From: Chitinophagaceae bacterium
GTDB taxonomy: Bacteria; Bacteroidota; Bacteroidia; Chitinophagales; Chitinophagaceae
Direction: 5' to 3'
Assembly: GCA_947483415.1 (NCBI GenBank)
Contig: CANKLV010000001.1
Span: forward strand, 1-58,613
DNA length: 58,613 nucleotides
The position numbers and the translations under genes were made by a program. Below the pieces are notes generated by a model. That model was not told the origin of the DNA. It saw nothing but the letters and a program-made list of their open reading frames with translations, and ran no database searches. This document shows positions 51,512-58,613 of the stretch, piece by piece; within the stretch, counting starts at the first letter, position 1, and each line of letters begins with the position of its first letter.

Positions 51512-52939
51512 ATGACGGATCAAAAAAACCATATCAACAATTTTATTAAAGATGTTTCATTAGGTGAAGCTAAAGGAAAGCGCGTGTACTTTTTAGGCAT
51601 CGGTGGTATTGGCATGAGTGCAATTGCTCGTTATTTTAAAAGTAGAGGTGTTGTAGTTAGTGGTTATGATAAAACAGAAACGGCATTAACCTTAAAACTT
51701 ACTGAAGAAGGGTTTGATATTCATTTCACAGATGATGTAAACTTAATTGATAAAGAATCGAGTTTGTTTATATACACACCGGCAATTCCTAAAAATCATA
51801 AAGCGTTTAATTACTTAATTGAAAATGGATTTCCGATTTATAAAAGAAGTGAAGTACTTGGCTTGATTATTAACATGTCTTATAATATTTGTGTTGCGGG
51901 TACCCATGGTAAAACGACAACAAGTTCAATGATAGCACATGTTTTACGGGATAGCGATTTTGGATGCAACGCTTTCTTGGGTGGAATTACTTCAAATTAT
52001 AACACCAATTTTTGGACGAGTGAAAAGAATGTTTGTGTAGCTGAAGCGGATGAATACGATAGAAGCTTTTTGAAATTAACGCCTGATGTTGCTGTGATTA
52101 CATCAATAGATCCTGACCATTTAGATATTTATGAAACGGCAGAAAATTTTGTTGATGCATTTGTTTCATTTAGCCAAAAAATAAAATCAGGTGGTTTGCT
52201 CATTATCAAATTTGGATTAGATAAGTCACATGGATTTGAATCTGAAAACCAACTAACGTATAGCGTAGACGATATTAATGCGGATTGTTTTGCTTTTAAT
52301 ATTATGCATAAAAATGGCTCTTACTTTTTTGATGTTCAAATTAAAAATCAAGCTGTAATGGGACTTTCGTTGCATATGGGTGGAATGCATAATTTGGAAA
52401 ATGCGGTGGCTGCAATTTCAGTAGCGAAGCATCTTGGTATTTCGGATGAAAAAATTATTCATGCTATAGCTAATTTCAAAGGTGTAAAAAGAAGATTTGA
52501 ATATATCGTACAAACTTCAGAATTAATCATGATTGATGATTATGCACATCATCCTCAAGAGTTAAGTGCATTGATTCAAGGTGCAAAAGGTTTGTTTGCA
52601 GAAAAAAAATGCACGTTGATTTTTCAACCACATTTATTTACGCGAACAAGAGATTTTTCAACTGCATTTGCAGCATCATTAAACATGGCAGATGAAGTTT
52701 TTCTGCTGCCCATTTATCCGGCGAGAGAATTGCCTATCGAAGGCATAAACAGTGAAATGATTGCAGCATTGATGAATAATTCAAAAGTAAAATGTTTTTC
52801 AAAAACAGCAATTGTAGAGATTGTTAAACAGAAATTAGAAGCAGGTGAAATAGAAATGTTGATTACAGCAGGAGCTGGTGATATCGATACGTTGGTTGAA
52901 CCATTAAAAAACACATTAATCAAATTATCGTCAAAATGA
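51512..52939 (+). CDS. murC: UDP-MurNAc:L-Ala ligase
   Basis: GIGGIGMS, GTHGKTTT, EADEYDRSF, DDYAHHP, FQPHLFTRT. Confidence 0.97.
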   Translation: MTDQKNHINNFIKDVSLGEAKGKRVYFLGIGGIGMSAIARYFKSRGVVVSGYDKTETALTLKLTEEGFDIHFTDDVNLIDKESSLFIYTPAIPKNHKAFNYLIENGFPIYKRSEVLGLIINMSYNICVAGTHGKTTTSSMIAHVLRDSDFGCNAFLGGITSNYNTNFWTSEKNVCVAEADEYDRSFLKLTPDVAVITSIDPDHLDIYETAENFVDAFVSFSQKIKSGGLLIIKFGLDKSHGFESENQLTYSVDDINADCFAFNIMHKNGSYFFDVQIKNQAVMGLSLHMGGMHNLENAVAAISVAKHLGISDEKIIHAIANFKGVKRRFEYIVQTSELIMIDDYAHHPQELSALIQGAKGLFAEKKCTLIFQPHLFTRTRDFSTAFAASLNMADEVFLLPIYPARELPIEGINSEMIAALMNNSKVKCFSKTAIVEIVKQKLEAGEIEMLITAGAGDIDTLVEPLKNTLIKLSSK

Positions 52940-54150
52940 AAGTGATTAAAGCGTTAAACATGAAAAAAATACTGATTATAATCTTGTGGGTTTGCTTAGG
53001 CTTGTCTAGTTTGACATTGTTGATTAGTGCATTTCATAAAAAAGACAACAGCGTTTGTAAAGGTTATGAAATTGAAATCATTGGAGTTAATAATAATTTC
53101 TTTATTGGGAAATCAGAAATCTTAGAAATCTTAAAAAAGGTTGCGGGTAAAGAAATTAAGGGAACGGAAATCAATAAAATGAATCTGTTGGAAATGGAAA
53201 ATCAAATAAAAAAAGATGTTTGGATAAGCAAAGCAACTTTATATTTTGATAAGAATGATATTTTAATGGTGAAGGTTGAGGAGAAAAATCCTATTGCAAG
53301 GGTTTTTTCAAATCAAGGAACTTCTTTTTACATAGACCATAGCTTAAATATGTTGCCATTAAGCAAAACGCATTCAGCAAGGTTGCCTGTGTTTACAAAT
53401 TTTCCGTCTGCATTAAAAGTGCTTTCAAAACCAGACAGTGCTTTATTGAATAGTATTAAAGAAATGAGTTTGTATATTCAAAATGATCCGTTTTTAATGG
53501 GAATGATTGATCAGGTTGATATAACTGCTTCAAATAAATTTGAATTGACACCAAAATTGGGTAATCAAATTATTTTGTTTGGCGACGCTACAAATATTGA
53601 TAAGAAATTCAACAAGCTGAAATTGTTTTATAAAAATGTGATTTCTGTAAATGGATGGGGAAAATATAGTAAAATAAACCTCGAGTTTGAAAACCAAATT
53701 ATAGCATCAATACAAGGTTTAGAAGAGCAAGAGGCAGATTCATTAAAGACAATGAGAATGATCAAAGCGTTTGCTGAATATTCCGCTAGAATGTCGAGCG
53801 ATACTTCATCAGCCATACAACAAGACAATGAAAAAAATACGGTCAATGAGTCTATGATTTTAAATTCAATTGCAAGGGATGATGGATCAGAAGAATCAAG
53901 CGTATTGGCTGCTGAAAATTCAGTTCCTAATGTAAAGCCACTTGTAAATGCAATTGTAATTACCAAAAAAAAAGTAGAGGATACCAAAGCGCCTATTGTT
54001 ATCAAGGATGCAAAAAAAACTACGAAGACATTGCCAAAAGTTGAAAAAAATGTAGCAAAGAAAACACCTGATAAAAGTAAAGAGAAAAAGGCTTTAAAAC
54101 AGAAAGAAAAAAAGCCCAAATTAAAAACAACAATAAATAACGAGTACTAA
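52936..54150 (+). CDS. ftsQ: Cell division protein FtsQ/DivIB with long C-terminal extension
   Basis: Single N-terminal TM, POTRA-like region, V.V.E..PIAR. Located between murC and ftsA. Confidence 0.82.
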   Translation: MKVIKALNMKKILIIILWVCLGLSSLTLLISAFHKKDNSVCKGYEIEIIGVNNNFFIGKSEILEILKKVAGKEIKGTEINKMNLLEMENQIKKDVWISKATLYFDKNDILMVKVEEKNPIARVFSNQGTSFYIDHSLNMLPLSKTHSARLPVFTNFPSALKVLSKPDSALLNSIKEMSLYIQNDPFLMGMIDQVDITASNKFELTPKLGNQIILFGDATNIDKKFNKLKLFYKNVISVNGWGKYSKINLEFENQIIASIQGLEEQEADSLKTMRMIKAFAEYSARMSSDTSSAIQQDNEKNTVNESMILNSIARDDGSEESSVLAAENSVPNVKPLVNAIVITKKKVEDTKAPIVIKDAKKTTKTLPKVEKNVAKKTPDKSKEKKALKQKEKKPKLKTTINNEY

Positions 54151-54213
54151 AAATAAAAAATAAAAAATAAAAAAATCACATTTTAATAAAAAAAAACAAA
54201 TACACAAACAATT

Positions 54214-55638
54214 ATGCAACAAGAACAACCCATTATTGTAGGCCTAGATATAGGAACTACAAAAATTGCTGCCATTGCTGGTAGAAAAAATGAATTTGGA
54301 AAACTCGAAATCTTAGGTTTCGGACGCGCCAATAGTAATGGCGTGCAACATGGAATGGTTTTGAATATCGACCAAACCATAAAAGCCATTCAAACTGCAT
54401 TGGAAAGATGTATGGAAAGTAATCCAACCCTCGAAATTCATGAGGTATATGTTGGGATTGCCGGGCAACATATCAAAAGCCTACAAACAAGGGGTGATAT
54501 CGTTCGTCAAAATATTGAAGATGAAATTAGTCAGGAAGAAATTGACAGATTGGTGGCGGATCAATATCGTACTTATATTCCATTAGGCGATCAAATAATT
54601 GATGTTATTCCACAACAATTTACAGTGGATAATCACCCAAATATCCCAAATCCAATTGGGTATAGTGGTGTAAAGGTGGGTGCAAATTTCCACATCATTA
54701 CTGGTGATAAAAATGCCATCAGAAATATAAATCGAAGTGTAGAAAAATCAGGTTTAAAAACTAAAGATCTTGTATTGCAACCACTTGCATCAGCTGCGGC
54801 AGTAATGAGTGAGCAAGATTTAGAAGCGGGTGTAGCTATTGTAGATATTGGTGGGGGTACAACAGATTTGGCTGTGTTTTCTGAAGGTGTTTTAAAATAT
54901 ACTGCGGTTATTCCGTTTGGTGGTGAAAACATTACTAACGATATAAAATTAGGATTGGGTGTGCTTAGAACACAAGCGGAAGCGATGAAAGTTCAATTTG
55001 GTAGCGCATTGAGCGATCAAACCAAAGCTAATACATTTATTACTATTCCGGGTTTGCGTGGCATGGCACCAAAAGAAATTGCGGTTAAAAACTTAGCCAA
55101 TATTATTCAGGCACGCATGAGTGAAATCATGGATTTTGTAACCTATCATTTAAAACAAGTTGGGTTAGACAGTCGCTCATTAAACGGTGGAATTATTTTA
55201 ACAGGGGGAGGTTCTCAATTAAAACATCTTTTACAGTTAACAGAGTTCTTAACGGGATTGAATGCACGCATTGGATATCCAAATGAACATTTGAGTGGAG
55301 ATCATTTAGATGAGTTGGCTAAGCCAATGTACAGCACTTGTATTGGATTGATTTTAAAAGGGTATAATGATTACGAGAATAAATTCAAACCAACACTTGA
55401 AGAAGAAGCTTTTGAAAATAAACGTAAAAGAGTTTTACATACAGCAGATGTAAATATTAATATCGAAACGCCTGTTTTGGAAACGCCTATTGATGACGGA
55501 GTAAAAAAAGAAGAGACCAAAACAATTGGACCTCGTAAGAAAACGCTTAAAGAATTTTTAGATTCTATAAAAACAGATATCATCAATTTGTTCCAAGAGG
55601 AAGATGACAAAAATTTTGAAGAATTAAAGAACCAATAA
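54214..55638 (+). CDS. ftsA: Cell division protein FtsA
   Basis: VGLDIGTTK, DIGGGTTD, LTGGGS motifs. C-terminal amphipathic helix. Confidence 0.96.
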   Translation: MQQEQPIIVGLDIGTTKIAAIAGRKNEFGKLEILGFGRANSNGVQHGMVLNIDQTIKAIQTALERCMESNPTLEIHEVYVGIAGQHIKSLQTRGDIVRQNIEDEISQEEIDRLVADQYRTYIPLGDQIIDVIPQQFTVDNHPNIPNPIGYSGVKVGANFHIITGDKNAIRNINRSVEKSGLKTKDLVLQPLASAAAVMSEQDLEAGVAIVDIGGGTTDLAVFSEGVLKYTAVIPFGGENITNDIKLGLGVLRTQAEAMKVQFGSALSDQTKANTFITIPGLRGMAPKEIAVKNLANIIQARMSEIMDFVTYHLKQVGLDSRSLNGGIILTGGGSQLKHLLQLTEFLTGLNARIGYPNEHLSGDHLDELAKPMYSTCIGLILKGYNDYENKFKPTLEEEAFENKRKRVLHTADVNINIETPVLETPIDDGVKKEETKTIGPRKKTLKEFLDSIKTDIINLFQEEDDKNFEELKNQ

Positions 55639-55675
55639 TAATCCAAAATTACTAACTAACCCAAAAAGTCCCGAT

Positions 55676-57634
55676 ATGATACAATTTGATTTACCAAAAG
55701 AACAATCATCAATTATTAAAGTAATTGGTGTTGGTGGTGGCGGCAGCAATGCAGTAAACCATATGTTTTCGCAAAATATAGAAGGTGTAAATTTTATAAT
55801 TTGCAATACAGATGCACAGGCAATATCGCTAAGTAGTGTACCAAATAAAATACAATTAGGCCCACATTTAACGCAGGGTTTGGGTGCTGGAGCTAATCCA
55901 AATATTGGTCGTCAGGCAACAGAAGAAAGTTTAGAAGAAATAAAACGTATTTTGGAAGTGAATACCAAAATGGCTTTCATTACTGCTGGAATGGGCGGTG
56001 GTACTGGCACTGGTGGCGCACCCATCATTGCAAAGATTTGTAAAGATTTAGGCATTCTTACTGTAGGAATCGTTACAACGCCTTTTGCTTATGAAGGTAA
56101 AAAAAGAATTGCTCAAGCTCAAGAAGGTATTGATTTGCTAAAACAAAGTGTGGATACCTTGTTGATTATTAGCAACGATAAACTTCGCCACCAATTTGGC
56201 AATTTAAAAATGAAAGAAGCTTTTGGTCGTGCGGATAATGTGTTAGCAACTGCAGCAAAATGTATTACAGATGTAATCAATAGTACTGGCCAAATTAATG
56301 TGGATTTTGCGGATGTGTGTACCGTTATGAAAGATGGTGGTGTTGCCATTTTAGGTAGCGCATCAGTAGCAGGTGAAAACAGAGCACAAATGGCCATTGA
56401 AAGTGCGCTTACTTCTCCATTATTAAATGATAATGATATTAAAGGGGCAAAATGGATTTTGATTAACATCAACAGTGCCGAAGGGGATCACGAACATACT
56501 ATGGATGAAATTGAAATTATTCAAAATCATATTATCTCTCAAGCTGGAGAAGAAACCGATGTAATCTTAGGATTAGGTTTTGATAATTCACTTGGAAGTG
56601 AAATTAGCATAACATTGATTGCAACTGGTTTTGATCGAAATGATCCTTTTTCGACACGAGATTCAAATGCCAAAAAAGCAGAAGACGATCGTGTTGTTTT
56701 ACAACTAGAAGCGCCTGTTCAACCAATAGTTTCTATTCCTTTAACCAAAGAAATTGAAAAGGTAATAGAGAATCAAGTTGAAGAAAAAATCTTGTTGCCA
56801 GTGGAATTAGAATTGCAACCAGAAGTAGTTGAGCAAGTTGAAGCAAAAATTGAAGCTTCTGAACAAAACCCAGTTATACAATTTATATTAACTGAAAAAG
56901 ATACAACACCCTCAGAACCTTTGGAGTTTAAATCAGAAGAAAAACCAACTATTGAGTCGCCTGTATTTTTTGAAATATCTTCTGCAGTAGATCAACTTCC
57001 AATTATTGAATTTGAATTCGATGAACCGGTAGTTAACAATGAAATGCCAAAAGCAGAAATAACAATTGAGCCAGCTCAAAATTCTACAACTATTGAAAAT
57101 GCTACTGAGCCAGAATCATTACCAATTTCTGGAGGTTATTTAACAAAGCCAACTCAAATTTATGCAGTAGAAGAAGAAAGCCAATCTGCACAAAATAATG
57201 TAAACGTCACTCAAATTGAAGAGGTTAAAAACCCAATAAATTTTGAAGCTTCAATTGAAAACGAGTCTATGGATTTTACGGTTTTCGAAAAACAAACTGC
57301 TGAGGTAAAAAATGTTGCGCCAATTACCTCTATGGTTTTTTTAGATGAAATATCTAACGAAACTGCTGCAATACCAGATGAGTCAGAAGATCTAAGACGA
57401 AGGGCAAATGAGCGTTTGGCAAAACTTCGCAACCTTTCTTTTAATGTTGGAAATACTGATCCAAATAGCGAATACGATACCGTGCCTGCTTACCTAAGAC
57501 GCAATATGGAAAAGCAAGTTCAAATTGCCGATGTAGAAACGTTTTATAGTCATTATACCGTTAAAAATAATAGCGAAAATCAAATAGATCTTAATACCAT
57601 CAATTCTTTTTTAGATGGTAAAAAACCAGATTAA
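55676..57634 (+). CDS. ftsZ: Cell division protein FtsZ with long acidic linker
   Basis: [18 protein letters not shown] tubulin signature, [14 protein letters not shown]. Confidence 0.97.
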   Translation: MIQFDLPKEQSSIIKVIGVGGGGSNAVNHMFSQNIEGVNFIICNTDAQAISLSSVPNKIQLGPHLTQGLGAGANPNIGRQATEESLEEIKRILEVNTKMAFITAGMGGGTGTGGAPIIAKICKDLGILTVGIVTTPFAYEGKKRIAQAQEGIDLLKQSVDTLLIISNDKLRHQFGNLKMKEAFGRADNVLATAAKCITDVINSTGQINVDFADVCTVMKDGGVAILGSASVAGENRAQMAIESALTSPLLNDNDIKGAKWILININSAEGDHEHTMDEIEIIQNHIISQAGEETDVILGLGFDNSLGSEISITLIATGFDRNDPFSTRDSNAKKAEDDRVVLQLEAPVQPIVSIPLTKEIEKVIENQVEEKILLPVELELQPEVVEQVEAKIEASEQNPVIQFILTEKDTTPSEPLEFKSEEKPTIESPVFFEISSAVDQLPIIEFEFDEPVVNNEMPKAEITIEPAQNSTTIENATEPESLPISGGYLTKPTQIYAVEEESQSAQNNVNVTQIEEVKNPINFEASIENESMDFTVFEKQTAEVKNVAPITSMVFLDEISNETAAIPDESEDLRRRANERLAKLRNLSFNVGNTDPNSEYDTVPAYLRRNMEKQVQIADVETFYSHYTVKNNSENQIDLNTINSFLDGKKPD

Positions 57635-57677
57635 TCGCTTTAGAATACTAAATGCTGTTTGTGATGTTTGTTTGTGT

Positions 57678-57706
57678 AAACCCCTTTCTTTTGGAAGGGG
57701 TTTTTT
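57678..57706 (+). terminator. Intrinsic terminator of the dcw cluster
   Basis: AAACCCCTTTC-TTTT-GGAAGGGG followed by T6. Confidence 0.85.
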
Positions 57707-57735
57707 AATTTTAAAAAATAGTTTTGCTAAAAACA

Positions 57736-57759
57736 AAATGTAAAGTATATTTGACATTT
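57736..57759 (+). promoter_or_regulatory. Palindromic operator overlapping a -7 promoter element (probable XRE autoregulation site)
   Basis: AAATGTAAAG-TATA-TTTGACATTT imperfect palindrome containing TATATTTG (57746-57753). Confidence 0.55.
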
Positions 57760-57779
57760 AGAAAAACAAACTTGTCAAA

Positions 57780-58195
57780 ATGGAAAGCAAAACAAACATA
57801 AATAAAGGCGCACGATTCAAAAGCATTTTAAAAAAACGGGGATTGGAATAATTTTAATCGCTTTATTAACTGGATTGTCAATTAAGTTATGGCATATTGA
57901 AATGATGCCGACTCAAAAAGCGTTTTTTAAAGCATTCAACATGAATGGCTTTATTCTAGGTTTGTTGTTTGTGGCATTGGCTAAGGAGAAAATAGAAGAT
58001 GAAATGATTGCCCAAATGAGATTAAAAGCAATGTCGCAAACATTTATCACTGCAGTAGTGTGTGTAGTTGTAAAGCCTTTTATAGATTTAGTTTTTAGGG
58101 ATCCAATACAGGATGTAACCGGACAGTTTCTTGTAATATTCATGTTATTGGGTTATTTATTAAACTACCACAGCCAAAAGTTTAGAAACAGATGA
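57780..58195 (+). pseudogene. Frameshifted small membrane protein gene (XRE partner)
   Basis: The frame from ATG 57780 stops at 57849-57851. The -1 frame is open from 57806 (..QKHFKKTGIGIILIALLTGLSIKLW..KEKIEDEMIAQMRLKAM..) to 58195 and overlaps the XRE start (ATGA). Confidence 0.55.
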
Positions 58196-58392
58196 AGAAC
58201 ACATTAAAAGTGGAAAGGGCGAAGTTGAACATTACGCAGCAAGAATTAGCGGATAAAGTTGGGGTGTCTCGACAAACCATCAATTCAATTGAATCAGAAA
58301 AATATGTTCCTTCTACGCTCTTAGCCATCAAAATTTCTGAATTATTTAAAACAACGGTTAATGACATTTTTAAATTAGAAAATGAGGATTAA
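58192..58392 (+). CDS. XRE-family helix-turn-helix transcriptional regulator
   Basis: MKNTLKVERA..ITQQELADKVGVSRQTINSIE..KYVPS. Confidence 0.93.
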   Translation: MKNTLKVERAKLNITQQELADKVGVSRQTINSIESEKYVPSTLLAIKISELFKTTVNDIFKLENED

Positions 58393-58434
58393 AATAAAGT
58401 AATTCGTTTATCATTATTTTGTTACAATTACTTC

Positions 58435-58442
58435 TACATTTG
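58435..58442 (+). promoter_or_regulatory. Bacteroidota -7 promoter element for kup
   Basis: TACATTTG, 46 nt upstream of the GTG start. Confidence 0.55.
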
Positions 58443-58488
58443 CTTACCAATTTATTTCACTCCAATAAGTTGTTGAAAATTCACTTTT

Positions 58489-58613
58489 GTGGCCAATAAT
58501 CATTCAATTAACAAAGTAACCGCAGCTGGCGTACTCATTGCATTAGGTATCATTTATGGTGATATCGGTACATCACCACTTTACGTATTTAGCGCGGTTA
58601 TAAATGGCAAACC
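58489..58613 (+). CDS. kup: KUP/HAK/KT potassium transporter, 3'-truncated by the window edge
   Basis: Manual translation from GTG: [34 protein letters not shown]. [13 protein letters not shown] is the family signature. Confidence 0.9.
   Translation, partial: MANNHSINKVTAAGVLIALGIIYGDIGTSPLYVFSAVINGK

Noticed and set aside
54151-54200. A-rich AAAAAAT repeats before ftsA
   Set aside because: Low-complexity A-rich leader typical of Bacteroidota translation-initiation regions.
40641-57634. Absence of murF, ddl and lpxC from the dcw cluster
   Set aside because: This reduced order is the usual Bacteroidota arrangement.

Overview
AT-rich Bacteroidota chromosome segment, probably Chitinophagaceae-like (inferred from gldA, IcmF, NrdJ, a DUF6089-type barrel, TAnnTTTG promoters and a Bacteroidota-type dcw cluster). 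It is almost entirely housekeeping. In order: a 5'-truncated di-haem cytochrome c peroxidase, flippase, icmF, rsmA/pdxA, a LolA-like/ABC/wHTH unit, radA-comF, holB-ricT-gldA-eno-ftsB, nth, an unpartnered 2-oxoacid oxidoreductase alpha subunit, dacB, dxs, nrdJ, dtd, phoD, a histidine kinase, the mraZ-ftsZ division/cell-wall cluster, an XRE unit and the start of kup. I saw no CRISPR array, tRNA/rRNA, IS element, prophage or defence island. The unexplained signals are mostly non-coding and centre on the cell cycle. (1) DnaA-box clusters lie upstream of both nrdJ and mraZ. (2) A free-standing two-hairpin small-RNA candidate upstream of radA has a degenerate reverse-complement copy in the mraY-murD gap and partial complementarity to the ftsZ leader. 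(3) An unannotated 59-codon frame broken by a single TGA sits directly upstream of, and in frame with, murD. (4) A GU-rich ftsZ 3'UTR is complementary to the ftsA leader. There are also two gene remnants (an SRPBCC fragment and a frameshifted membrane protein). All regulatory interpretations are hypotheses from manual reading.
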